Origin: Fimbriimonas ginsengisoli Gsoil 348
GTDB lineage: Bacteria > Armatimonadota > Fimbriimonadia > Fimbriimonadales > Fimbriimonadaceae
Assembly: GCA_945881865.1 (NCBI GenBank)
Contig: CAMCVK010000012.1
Span: forward strand, 1,498-65,497
Direction of reading: 5' to 3'
DNA length: 64,000 bases
The position numbers were made by a program, and so were the translations under genes. Under the pieces are notes generated by a model. The model ran no database searches. It was not told the origin of the DNA and saw only the letters and a list, made by a program, of their open reading frames with translations. Below are positions 8,741 through 19,894 of this stretch, one piece after another (positions within the stretch are counted from its first letter, which is position 1; each line of letters opens with the position of its first letter).

Positions 8741-9118
8741 TTACGGATTTACATTGGCACCGGGTGCTCCAATGGAACCCGGTTCTGGTTGAAGGGCCGG
8801 CCCGCTGCTGTTCCCATAACCTGGTTTTGCTGCCATTCCGGGCTCGCCTGGTTGGAGCCCCGAACCTTTCCCGGGCTTATCAAGGGTGTTGTCTAATTTC
8901 TCAGACTGAACTGAAGCCCCTTCGTTGTAGTGCGACTCCGTCTTTGTGCCACCGGTTTGCTCGGCGTTGCCCGCACTTGCGTACTTGTCGCCCTTCCACT
9001 CGCCGGGGGGATTCGGAGTTGTCGCGCTGTCAAAGCTCTCAAGCGAGACAAACCGGCATCCGCCCGCCATGATGGCAACGAAGGCGAGACCCAAGGCGAA
9101 GCGAATCTGCGAACGCAT
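8741..9118 (-). CDS. Small disordered lipoprotein
   Basis: Signal peptide with lipobox MAGG-C and a Gly/Pro/Ser-rich mature part. Confidence 0.7.
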   Translation of the reverse strand: MRSQIRFALGLAFVAIMAGGCRFVSLESFDSATTPNPPGEWKGDKYASAGNAEQTGGTKTESHYNEGASVQSEKLDNTLDKPGKGSGLQPGEPGMAAKPGYGNSSGPALQPEPGSIGAPGANVNP

Positions 9119-9229
9119 AGGATGAATTTACCCGCAAGTGCCTTGCTGAGACGATCCGGAATCCTCGATGCAAAGTATGGGAACTCGACTGGCCCACCTA
9201 GGCTTACTAGCATGTCACTGAGGAAAACC

Positions 9230-9769
9230 ATGAGAATTGCCGTTATCGCCATCGCCGGACTCGCCGCCATTGGAGGCGCCGCCATCTTTCGCGTCCAAGC
9301 CACCAAGAACGCCGGACCCGATTGGGTTGCCCAGCGCGCCAAACCGGCGATTTTACAGAGTTCGGACGGTAAGTCCGTGAACCTTGGCAAGCTGTACGGC
9401 AAGCAGCCGGTCGTTTTGGTTTTTTACCGGGGCATTTGGTGCCCGTATTGCAGCCAGCACCTCGGGACGGTAGCTGCCGCAGAGGCAGAGTTCAAGAAGG
9501 CTGGCGCAGCCGTCTTCTTTATTTCGTCGGAGCCGGCCGCGACCTTGAACGATATGCGAAAGCGACAGAACATCAGTTCGTTCTTCACGTTCCTCAGCGA
9601 TCCGGAAGCGAAGCTGGCCAAGTTCTACGGCGGAAAAAATCCGGCCGGATATCTTGATTCGGCGACGGTTGTAGTCAACCGCAAAGGATTCGTCACCTAC
9701 GGCGATGCAAACAAGAACTACCAGGTACGACCGACGGCCGAAACGATCTTAGCCGCCATTGCCAAGTAA
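9230..9769 (+). CDS. Secreted/membrane-anchored peroxiredoxin-like (AhpC/TSA, redoxin) protein
   Basis: VVLVFYRGIWCPYC and FLSDP motifs, N-terminal hydrophobic helix, AGGA RBS. Confidence 0.8.
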   Translation: MRIAVIAIAGLAAIGGAAIFRVQATKNAGPDWVAQRAKPAILQSSDGKSVNLGKLYGKQPVVLVFYRGIWCPYCSQHLGTVAAAEAEFKKAGAAVFFISSEPAATLNDMRKRQNISSFFTFLSDPEAKLAKFYGGKNPAGYLDSATVVVNRKGFVTYGDANKNYQVRPTAETILAAIAK

Positions 9770-10378
9770 GCGGACCTCGCCGAGATCCATCTGGTAGTAG
9801 CCACCGTACAAGCCTAGATCGCCGCGTTCGATAGCCCGTTGCACGGCAAACGAATCGCGGCGCAGGTTTTCCATCGTGAGCCTAACGTTCTCGACGACAG
9901 CGCGGTCGAAAAGACCCTCTGCTCCCCCAAGGCGAGCTCGGTGCACCGCCTTCTGGACGTCGAACCGAAGCGTGCCGCCCGCACTGCTCACTCGACCCGC
10001 TAGTAATTGCCCAATCGCGAGGCAGCCGGTATGCCCCAGGACCAAAACGAGCGGGACCTTAAGCTCCGTTACGGCGATATCCAGCATCCACTTGGCGCTA
10101 TCGCTGGCCACGTTGCCCGGAACGCGGCTAGCGAAAATACCGCCTAGCGGCTGGTCGAAAAGGATTTCGGGCGCAACCCGACTGTCGGAGCAGGCGACGA
10201 TCGCGGCCAACGGTTGCTGGTTCTCAGCAATATGCTGTAGCTCGGACTCGGAATAGGACTGAGCCTGAGGTCGCTGGGCACGGAATCGTTTGTGTCCAAG
10301 CCAAAGTTCCTGGAGCGATTTGGCGATTCGAGGATTTGACTCCGAGGACACCGCTTCCTCCCAACTCTGGCCAAACAT
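9749..10378 (-). CDS. Beta-class carbonic anhydrase
   Basis: CSDSRV and LGHTGC zinc-binding motifs. Confidence 0.9.
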   Translation of the reverse strand: MFGQSWEEAVSSESNPRIAKSLQELWLGHKRFRAQRPQAQSYSESELQHIAENQQPLAAIVACSDSRVAPEILFDQPLGGIFASRVPGNVASDSAKWMLDIAVTELKVPLVLVLGHTGCLAIGQLLAGRVSSAGGTLRFDVQKAVHRARLGGAEGLFDRAVVENVRLTMENLRRDSFAVQRAIERGDLGLYGGYYQMDLGEVRLLGNGG

Positions 10379-10512
10379 CTGCCAGTGATTCTACTTGGTC
10401 GGGTCCAAGTTTTTTAGGCCGTCGTTCTTAACCCTGGTTCCGACCAAAAAATGACGATTTGGATTTCTCAAAAACCGTTGGCGAGCGCCGCTTGGTCGGC
10501 GATAATCAGGGC

Positions 10513-11607
10513 ATGGCAGAACTCACTCGTCGCGACCTGATTGCCGGAGCTGGCGCCGTTGCGGGAACCGTCGCCCTGACCGGCGTGACGTCCCTGGAGG
10601 CTTTTGCCCAGGCGGAGAAGCCGGTAGGTTGGGCGATCCTTGGCCTAGGTGGCTACGCCAACAACCAAATTTTGCCGAACATGAAGTACTGCAAAAAGTC
10701 GAAGCCGGTCGCGGTCATCAGTGGCTCGCCGGATAAGGCGAGGAGGATTGCGGGCGAGTACGGAATCAGCGAGAAGGCGATCTACTCCTACGACAACATG
10801 GATTCGATCAAAAACAACCCGGAGATCGAGGTTGTTTACGTGATCACCCCTCCCGGCACGCACCATGAGTTCACGATCCGGGCCCTCAAAGCCGGAAAGC
10901 ACGTTTGCTGCGAAAAGCCGATGGCAAGTAACTCCAAGGAGTGCGAGGAAATGGTCGCCGAGGCGAAGAAGGCCGGGAAGCGACTTCAGATCGGCTATCG
11001 CTGCCACTTTGAAAACTACAACAAGGAAGCCATGCGCCTCTGCGCAACCGGTGCGCTGGGCCGCATTCGCACGATCCGAAGCGACCACGGCTTCACCCTT
11101 GGCGGACCCAACTGGCACACGAGCCGGAAGCTGGGTGGATTCGGGGCGATCTCGGAGATCGGCGTCTACGCCATCCAAGCGCTTTGCTACCTTGCCGGCG
11201 CGGACCCGCTCGAGGTCTGGGGCTCGCGGGAGAAAACCGATAGCCCGCTCTTCAAAGAAGTTGAGGACGTCAACCACTTCAACCTGCTTTTCCCGACCGG
11301 AATCCAGGGCATCGGCGCAACCGCTTACACCTGGAATGCAAACAACTACCGTGTGATGGGCAACCGCGGAAGCCTAAATGCCGAACCGGCTACCGGCTAC
11401 GGCGGACATCAGTTCCGGCTGAACGGCAAGGCCATCGAAGTTGAGCCCAATAACATGTGGGCCGACCAGATGGATCACCTCTCGGAGTGCGTCCGCGATC
11501 CGCAAAAGACGCTCATTGCTCCGGGCGAGATGGGCCTACGCGATATCAAGATCATCGAAGCCGTCCTGCGCTCCGCCGAAGAGAAGCGCGTCGTGAAGTT
11601 TGCCTAA
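10513..11607 (+). CDS. Tat-exported Gfo/Idh/MocA (glucose-fructose oxidoreductase-like)
   Basis: TRRDLI twin-arginine signal, [17 protein letters not shown]. Confidence 0.88.
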   Translation: MAELTRRDLIAGAGAVAGTVALTGVTSLEAFAQAEKPVGWAILGLGGYANNQILPNMKYCKKSKPVAVISGSPDKARRIAGEYGISEKAIYSYDNMDSIKNNPEIEVVYVITPPGTHHEFTIRALKAGKHVCCEKPMASNSKECEEMVAEAKKAGKRLQIGYRCHFENYNKEAMRLCATGALGRIRTIRSDHGFTLGGPNWHTSRKLGGFGAISEIGVYAIQALCYLAGADPLEVWGSREKTDSPLFKEVEDVNHFNLLFPTGIQGIGATAYTWNANNYRVMGNRGSLNAEPATGYGGHQFRLNGKAIEVEPNNMWADQMDHLSECVRDPQKTLIAPGEMGLRDIKIIEAVLRSAEEKRVVKFA

Positions 11608-12506
11608 GCAGTGAGCATCGCCGCCCCGAGCACACCCGCGCTGTCGCCGTGCTCGGCGCGGAGAATCGGGGTCGAGAACGTCGGGTTAAAGACATGCTTC
11701 GCGACCTCTTTTGGTCCGTCGGTGTAGAGGCAGTCGAGGTTGCTGACGCCGCCACCCAGCACGATCGCGTGCGGGTCGAAGATATTCACCACCACCGCGA
11801 TAGCGCGACCGAAAAATTCCAGCAGCCGGTAACGGGTTTGAATCGCGGCGAGGTCGCCGTCGTCGGAAAGCGCGATGATCTCGGGAAGCTTACGTTCCCG
11901 CCCGGTGCAAGCATGGTAGAAGCGCTCCAGTGCCGGACCCGACAGCACGGTTTCGACCACCCCGCGCCGCCCGGAGTAGGTCAGCTCGCCCGAGGGGTCC
12001 GTTACGTTGTGGCCCCACTCGCCCGCGATGCCCTGCCCGCCGTTGAGCACCTGCCCGTTCACCACCAGTCCTCCGCCGACGCCGGTGCCCATGATGACGC
12101 CGAAAACGGTAGGGAAGCCACGAGCCGCGCCGAGGGTTGCCTCGGCAAGGGCGAAGCAATTCGCGTCGTTCGCCGCCACCAGCTGGGATTCCAGAGCCGC
12201 ACTCAGGTCGGCCACAAACGGGCGGCCGTTGAGGCACGTTGTATTCGAATTCTTGTGAAGCCCGGTAGAAGGGTCGAACGTGCCGGGGGTTCCGATGCCA
12301 ATCCGCTCCGGTCGGGGCGTGCCGGCCGCGACTTCCATTTCCTGGACGAGCTTGCCGATTTGCCCGACAATGTGCTCGTAGCCGCCATCGGCCTCCGTCG
12401 GGACCCGACGCCGATGCAGGACCTGGTTGTTGGCCGGGTCCAAAACCACCGCCTCGACCTTCGTTCCGCCGACATCAATCCCCCAGAGCGCGCGCTCGTT
12501 TTCCAC
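11604..12506 (-). CDS. ROK family sugar kinase (Mak/fructokinase-like)
   Basis: [38 protein letters not shown]. Confidence 0.9.
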   Translation of the reverse strand: MENERALWGIDVGGTKVEAVVLDPANNQVLHRRRVPTEADGGYEHIVGQIGKLVQEMEVAAGTPRPERIGIGTPGTFDPSTGLHKNSNTTCLNGRPFVADLSAALESQLVAANDANCFALAEATLGAARGFPTVFGVIMGTGVGGGLVVNGQVLNGGQGIAGEWGHNVTDPSGELTYSGRRGVVETVLSGPALERFYHACTGRERKLPEIIALSDDGDLAAIQTRYRLLEFFGRAIAVVVNIFDPHAIVLGGGVSNLDCLYTDGPKEVAKHVFNPTFSTPILRAEHGDSAGVLGAAMLTA

Positions 12507-12548
12507 GCGGGCGGTTTACCCGGATCTGTGCGGATAGGTCCCGGTAGG

Positions 12549-12579
12549 TTGACTCCGGGCCGGTTGGTTCGGCTAAAAT
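12549..12579 (+). promoter_or_regulatory. Sigma70-type promoter of groESL
   Basis: TTGACT at 12549 and TAAAAT at 12574, with a 19-nt spacer. Confidence 0.55.
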
Positions 12580-12605
12580 TAGCAGTCAAACGCGGAGACT
12601 GCCAA
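12579..12605 (+). promoter_or_regulatory. CIRCE element (HrcA operator)
   Basis: TTAGCAGTC-N9-GACTGCCAA versus consensus TTAGCACTC-N9-GAGTGCTAA, directly upstream of groES. Confidence 0.85.
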
Positions 12606-12629
12606 CGCGGTCCCGCCGAAGGAGAATTT

Positions 12630-12920
12630 ATGGCAACCCTAAAACCACTCGGAGATAAGGTCGTCGTCCAGGTTGTGGAACTGGAAGACAAGACGGCTAG
12701 CGGCATCTTTTTGCCCGACAGTGCCAAGAAGAAACCGCAAGAAGGAAAGGTCATCGCCATCGGCGAAGGTCGAACCCTGGACAGCGGCGAGAAGAACACG
12801 CTTACCGTTAAGGTGGGCGACCGCGTGCTGTTCAGCAAGTACGGCGGAAACGAGGTCACCCTCGACGGCGAGGAGTACACGATCCTCGACGAAGACCAGA
12901 TCTACGCGATTCTGGGCTGA
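12630..12920 (+). CDS. groES: Co-chaperonin GroES
   Basis: [10 protein letters not shown]...[19 protein letters not shown]...[14 protein letters not shown], with GGAG RBS. Confidence 0.98.
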   Translation: MATLKPLGDKVVVQVVELEDKTASGIFLPDSAKKKPQEGKVIAIGEGRTLDSGEKNTLTVKVGDRVLFSKYGGNEVTLDGEEYTILDEDQIYAILG

Positions 12921-12942
12921 GAGAGTTAGACGACGAGGGTAG

Positions 12943-15076
<2,134 letters not shown>

Positions 15077-15090
15077 GAGAGTCTCGTTAC

Positions 15091-15122
15091 GGTCTTATAG
15101 GACAAGGAAGTCCTATAAGACC
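15091..15122. repeat. Perfect 13-bp inverted repeat downstream of groEL (terminator or REP-like)
   Basis: GGTCTTATAGGAC-AAGGAA-GTCCTATAAGACC, with no U-tract. Confidence 0.7.
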
Positions 15123-15155
15123 TCCGAAAATACGCAGAATCGTTGAGTTTCTCGA

Positions 15156-15890
15156 ATGCCAGATCCTGACGAGCTGATAATACTATCCCGCAGAGACGAG
15201 GTTGAAGATGTGCCAGACCACACGGTCCTTTGGCGGTACATCGACCTGGCCAGCTTGATCTGGATGCTAACTGAGCAAGCTCTAGTGTTCAGATCTCCCA
15301 GGAGCTTCGAAGATAAATATGAGGGAGCGTGGCCTCACTCGGCCATAAAGCAGATTCAAAATAAGGTTGCATCCTCAAGCCTGCATCTCTTCGATGGACG
15401 TTTTCTAGATATTGTCCATGTGTCGTGCTGGCATGAATTCGATCATGAGAACCACCTGATGTGGAAGGCGTACGGACGGTTAAGCGGTGTCGCCATTCGA
15501 ACGACAGCAGGTGCCATCCGTTCTGCCTTCCCCGAGAACTTTGGGAGGGTGCGACGGATCAAATACGTAGATTTTTCAAAGGAACTTTGCTGGCCCGGGA
15601 ACCTGGACGAAGCTGTGCTTCGCAAGCGCCAGGAATTCTCGGGAGAGAACGAAGTACGAGTTCTTACTATCGGTGCGGACACTAGTCCGTCGTCGCTGGT
15701 TCGAGTAGTTGATGAGGATAGAATCGCACTTAGCATTGATCCAGAAAAGTTGATAGTCGAGATTGTTCTCTCCCATCAAATTTCCTTCCTCAAAGATGGT
15801 TTGGAGCAAGTTTTAACGAGTTTAGGGCTAACGATACCGCTACGCATTTCTAGCCTCTCGGCGTCGCCTCTGCGAGTATCATCGGAATGA
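15156..15890 (+). CDS. DUF2971-like protein
   Basis: LWRYID...FEDKYEG...VSCWH...MWKAY...GVAIRT...IKYVD...KR.EFSGENEVR pattern. AT-richer codon usage. Confidence 0.7.
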   Translation: MPDPDELIILSRRDEVEDVPDHTVLWRYIDLASLIWMLTEQALVFRSPRSFEDKYEGAWPHSAIKQIQNKVASSSLHLFDGRFLDIVHVSCWHEFDHENHLMWKAYGRLSGVAIRTTAGAIRSAFPENFGRVRRIKYVDFSKELCWPGNLDEAVLRKRQEFSGENEVRVLTIGADTSPSSLVRVVDEDRIALSIDPEKLIVEIVLSHQISFLKDGLEQVLTSLGLTIPLRISSLSASPLRVSSE

Positions 15891-16017
15891 GACAATCGTT
15901 AATGCCGAAGGCTTCTCCAAAGCCAGCGTGTACTCTAACTGCGTATAGGTTTGCTTCTTCCTGCGGCAGGGCTCGCATGATGTAGCGCCATAGGTCAATG
16001 AGGAGTCTGAAACTAAG

Positions 16018-16710
16018 ATGGGAATATCTACAATGTTACGCTCCTTTGCGCCTGGTAAGAGCGGCAAGTGCCCGTGGTGCTCAGTAACTGTGCAGTTTGC
16101 TTCCGCACGCGGAGCTGGGCCGCTATCATCCGAAGTGACTCAGTTAGAGCTAACTGGGATGGAGGGATTGTTGGTCTTTGCTCTCTGCCCCGCATGCAAT
16201 AAAGGGATAGTATCTCTACACCAGTACAGGTCTGGTCGCGGGATGGTGCTATTGGAATGCCTCTGGCCGCGCCAGCCGTCGCGCGGTCCTGTGCCGACGA
16301 CAGTTCCTGCGGACATTGCCGCCGACTATGTGGAAGCAAGTCTCGTCATCGGATACTCAACGAAGGCCAGTGCCGCTCTGAGCCGTCGCTGTCTCCAACA
16401 CTTGCTATGGGATAAGGGTTCGAAGCAGAGACAGCTCGGCGACCAGCTGACGGAAATGAAGCCGACCATGCCGTCTGCCCTCCAAGATTTTGTCGATCTG
16501 ATTCAGCTGTTCGGGAACCTTAGCGCCCATCCAAAAGAAAACAAAAACACCGGTGAAGTAATCGATGTCGAACCTGGAGAAGCGGAAGTAATGCTAGACG
16601 TGCTTGACAGCCTTTTCGACTTTTACTACGTGAAGCCAGCCAGATATCAGGAGCTTCTTGATTCAGTAAAGGCCAAGAAGGAAGCTTCTCAGGACGCCAA
16701 GCGCCAGTAG
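16018..16710 (+). CDS. DUF4145 (HEPN-like) domain protein with N-terminal Zn ribbon
   Basis: CPWC/CPAC, then DYVEA...ASAALSRRCLQ...GNLSAHP...LDSLFDFYYVKP. Confidence 0.8.
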   Translation: MGISTMLRSFAPGKSGKCPWCSVTVQFASARGAGPLSSEVTQLELTGMEGLLVFALCPACNKGIVSLHQYRSGRGMVLLECLWPRQPSRGPVPTTVPADIAADYVEASLVIGYSTKASAALSRRCLQHLLWDKGSKQRQLGDQLTEMKPTMPSALQDFVDLIQLFGNLSAHPKENKNTGEVIDVEPGEAEVMLDVLDSLFDFYYVKPARYQELLDSVKAKKEASQDAKRQ

Positions 16711-16814
16711 TTCCGAGCCGACTGAAAACCTGGCAGGCTCAGCGAGGACATTTTCAGTCGAGAGGAAATACTGAAGCGGTCGTTACGCGAGAGATACCGG
16801 AGGTAAGTTGAGAA

Positions 16815-17015
16815 GTGCGTACGGTTCGCGTATTCAAGTCTCATGAGGAAGCAGACGAAGCGGATCGGCAGTGGTACGCGAGCCTGACGCCCGACGAGCG
16901 AGTCGCGCTGGTCGCCCAAATGATCGACGATTTCAAGGGTCTTTATCCCGGCTTGGAGCCGAAGCAAAACCTGAAGGAACTGCTCGAACGCTGGAACCAG
17001 GACCTCGTTATTTAG
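16815..17015 (+). CDS. Small antitoxin-like protein (type usually found upstream of nucleotidyltransferase toxins)
   Basis: RTVRVFKSHEEADEADRQWYASLTPDERV motif, GGAGG upstream. Partner gene absent. Confidence 0.5.
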   Translation: MRTVRVFKSHEEADEADRQWYASLTPDERVALVAQMIDDFKGLYPGLEPKQNLKELLERWNQDLVI

Positions 17016-17061
17016 ACAGTGTCGCTCGCAAAGCTATCCTCTTGTGATAGCATTCTCGGGC

Positions 17062-17877
17062 ATGGCACTCGATGTAAAGTCACTTTGGGACTTCGGCAAC
17101 CCTGAACTCAGCGAAGCGCGGTTCCGCGCAGCACTGGAGACGGCCAGCGAAGAAGACGCACTGATTCTGCAGACGCAGATCGCCCGAACCTACGGTCTTC
17201 GCAAGGACTTCGACCGTGCCCGAGAGCACCTAATCTCGATCTTTGCGGTGACGACGAACGCCGGCCCGGAGGTTCGCGCCCGGTACATGCTTGAGCTTGG
17301 CCGAACCTTCGCCTCGGCGGCGCATCCACCCGAACTGCGGACCGACGAGAACAAGGAGCGCGCCCGCGCCGCCTACGAAAGCTCGCTGGCGATCGCCAAA
17401 TCCGCCCAGCTAGACGGCCTGGCGATCGACGCCATCCACATGCTCGCCTTTGTCGACACGGCTCCGGAAGACCAACTGAAATGGGGGCAGGAAGCCCTGG
17501 CGATCGTCGAGGCGTCCGCCCAGCCCGAGGCGAAGGCGTGGGAAGCGTCCATCCGAAACAACCTCGGCATGGCGCTGCACGGCCTCGGTCGGCTTGAAGA
17601 GGCGTTGGATCAGTTCCAAGAGGCGCTTGCGATCCGCGAGCGCGGAACGAACGCCGAGTCGATCCGCGTCGCGCAGTGGATGGTGGCCTGGACGTTTCGG
17701 TCTCTGGGTCGGACCGACGAAGCCATCGAAATCCAGCTGCGCCTCGAACAGGAATGCGACGCCGCCAACGCCCCCGACCAATATGTTTACGAGGAATTAG
17801 AGTTGTTGTATTGCCGTAAAGGGGACGAGGCGCGAGCCGATCAATACGCCGGGCTGAAAAAGACGCATTCGGAATAG
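17062..17877 (+). CDS. Tetratricopeptide repeat protein
   Basis: Helical repeats, e.g. IRNNLGMALHGLGRLEEALDQFQEAL. Confidence 0.8.
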   Translation: MALDVKSLWDFGNPELSEARFRAALETASEEDALILQTQIARTYGLRKDFDRAREHLISIFAVTTNAGPEVRARYMLELGRTFASAAHPPELRTDENKERARAAYESSLAIAKSAQLDGLAIDAIHMLAFVDTAPEDQLKWGQEALAIVEASAQPEAKAWEASIRNNLGMALHGLGRLEEALDQFQEALAIRERGTNAESIRVAQWMVAWTFRSLGRTDEAIEIQLRLEQECDAANAPDQYVYEELELLYCRKGDEARADQYAGLKKTHSE

Positions 17878-17888
17878 GCCGCCGCTGA

Positions 17889-18262
17889 GAATCCCGATAG
17901 GGATTCCGTCACAAAGCCGGGGGTTACGAAGCTACCCCCGGTAGGGCGACCACGAATCCACAACCCCAACGGGGTTGAGTCGCCTGCCGATTGGACATTA
18001 CGCGACCCGCTTCGGGGTCGGTCTTTTGGATATGCGCTTACCCTGGGTCGCTTCTCGACCCAGCGCTTTGGTCCGTGACCCGTTCCGGGTCAGAAGAGCC
18101 GTCGGTTTTCGCTGTAAAATAATGAAAAAGGCAATGTAGACTCAAATCGGCAGATGACTGGCATCTCCGTCCCGAATCCCAGCGGGATTCCAGAAATTAG
18201 CCCCGGGTCGCGAAGCGACCCGGGGACGTGAGGCCACCGTCTGAACGACCCGGGAAGGGTCG
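17889..18262. repeat. Cluster of nine short GC-rich hairpins (REP/BIME-like) between convergent genes
   Basis: Stems at 17889-17906, 17917-17941, 17961-17977, 18003-18020, 18043-18063, 18076-18092, 18174-18190, 18201-18225 and 18246-18262. Shared CGACCC/GGGTCG and GAATCCC/GGGATTC arms. Confidence 0.8.
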
Positions 18263-18289
18263 CAGACTCTCGCGCCCGCCGATTCGCGC

Positions 18290-19057
18290 TCAGGCCTTCT
18301 TTCGTCGGCGCAAAAGGGCCGTCGCGCCAAGACCAAGAACCGCCATGCTCGCCGGTTCTGGAACCGGCTCCGCCGTCTTTTCGACGTTGCCAAAGATTCG
18401 GATTCGGTAAGGCTCGTTGTCGGTGTCCATGATGCCGCCGACCATATTCAGGTTCAGCTCGCCGGTTGCGCTGAGGCCGTTCCAAGAGCTGCCGTCGATG
18501 CTGTCCAGTCGTTGCGCCGAAGCGGTGAAGCCGTCGGTCGAGAGACCAGCCCACGTCGTATCCGGGCTTACCCAATCGTTCGTGACGTACTGGGTTCCGG
18601 TCCAGAAGTCGACCACAACCTGAAGGTCCGTAATCTCATAGCCGTCGGCGACGGAGAAGGCGGCATCGAGGACGCTAGCTCTGCTACCCGCTCCGGCAAA
18701 CTGGTAGTTCGGATCCGACTCGTAGCTGCCTACGCCGGCCGCGGTTGATCCGTGCTGGCCAAGAACCGTCTCGCCTTCCGAGTTCTGACCGTTGCCCCAG
18801 GGGCCCACAACGAGTCCGCTCGTCTCATTTGGGCTAACGTCTTCGTCGCTATTGTAATTCAGTCCGCGAAGGAGCTTTGCGGTTACCAAAGAAGCGGCGT
18901 CACCCTCGGATCGACCGAGGAACTGCACGGACTGACCGTCGTTGTAGAAAGAATCAAGAACGTGACCGTCGCTGCCGTCCCAAGTAAGAGAAAATCCAGC
19001 GGCGTTCGAAGTGGCGGCCACGGCGCCAAGAGCAAGAATCAAAAGTGCGTTTTTCAT
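18290..19057 (-). CDS. PEP-CTERM sorting-domain surface protein
   Basis: Signal peptide plus C-terminal VPEPASMAVLGLGATALLRRRKKA. Confidence 0.92.
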   Translation of the reverse strand: MKNALLILALGAVAATSNAAGFSLTWDGSDGHVLDSFYNDGQSVQFLGRSEGDAASLVTAKLLRGLNYNSDEDVSPNETSGLVVGPWGNGQNSEGETVLGQHGSTAAGVGSYESDPNYQFAGAGSRASVLDAAFSVADGYEITDLQVVVDFWTGTQYVTNDWVSPDTTWAGLSTDGFTASAQRLDSIDGSSWNGLSATGELNLNMVGGIMDTDNEPYRIRIFGNVEKTAEPVPEPASMAVLGLGATALLRRRKKA

Positions 19058-19116
19058 GTTCATCTACCTACGAGGAGGATTATTGCTTAGTTGGAAGTGC
19101 ATCCCGCGACCTTGTT

Positions 19117-19830
19117 TCAGGTGTCACACGGATCCGGGGCAGAAGCAGCCCTTTGGCCCATCATGAAGACGAACAAGATGCTCCAGGCCGCCTCGCCCAA
19201 AACAGCAAAGCAATACTGAAGGTCTCGGGCGACCGAATAGATGCAGAACAGAATCGGAATCCAAAAGATCCAGCACAGCACGAGACCCGGCATGATGCGC
19301 TCGCGAATGTAACCGTGGCCGAAATTCGCCCGAACGCGAGCCCAGCCACGATCCCGCAAGTCGAACAGCAGCGTCGCGGTTGGAATGGAGATGAACGGCG
19401 AGAAGAGGGACATATCGACCAGCGTCTTGATGAAGAGGGTCTGGAAGTCGTTGCCGTCGCCAAACCACCGGCTCTGACCTTGGTAGAGCAGGTCCACTTG
19501 GATGCCGATGATGGAATAGACGAAGGCATTGAAAAGACACTTCTTCGCCCAGTCAAGGCTCGGTCGCTTCAGTTGGCCGGTGGCAAACTTTGCGATTTCG
19601 GGAATCACGCCGCCCGCGGCGGCTCCGGTCAGGGCGGCAAACAGTAATCCACCGCGCACCTTCCACTCTCCGAGCGTCGCCAAGGCAAGCTGAAAGTCTT
19701 TGCTCTGCGCGTAGGCGACAGCCAAGATGACCGCCCCGATCTGAATCGCAAGGATCGGGGGCCAGTGGTGGATCACGGCGTCTCGCCCGGGCCGAAGGAC
19801 GTCTTTCCAATCTCGGTCCGCACGCTGCAC
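19117..19830 (-). CDS. Multi-pass membrane protein, Mpv17/PMP22-like
   Basis: TM helices with K.LVD..LFSPF and WIFWIP...Y.V pattern. Confidence 0.55.
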   Translation of the reverse strand: MQRADRDWKDVLRPGRDAVIHHWPPILAIQIGAVILAVAYAQSKDFQLALATLGEWKVRGGLLFAALTGAAAGGVIPEIAKFATGQLKRPSLDWAKKCLFNAFVYSIIGIQVDLLYQGQSRWFGDGNDFQTLFIKTLVDMSLFSPFISIPTATLLFDLRDRGWARVRANFGHGYIRERIMPGLVLCWIFWIPILFCIYSVARDLQYCFAVLGEAAWSILFVFMMGQRAASAPDPCDT

Positions 19831-19894
19831 GCCCGCTAGTTTAGTCCACGTGGCGAATGAGCCAATCCCGCGTTATAATGGCGAGCAAGACGTC

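Noticed and set aside
15830-16040. Minus-strand RLLIDLWRY stretch reminiscent of IS110 transposase C-termini
   Set aside because: Short, with no start or catalytic motifs. Resemblance is too weak without a search.
17889-18262. CRISPR array
   Set aside because: Hairpins are not identical direct repeats with regular spacers, and there are no cas genes.
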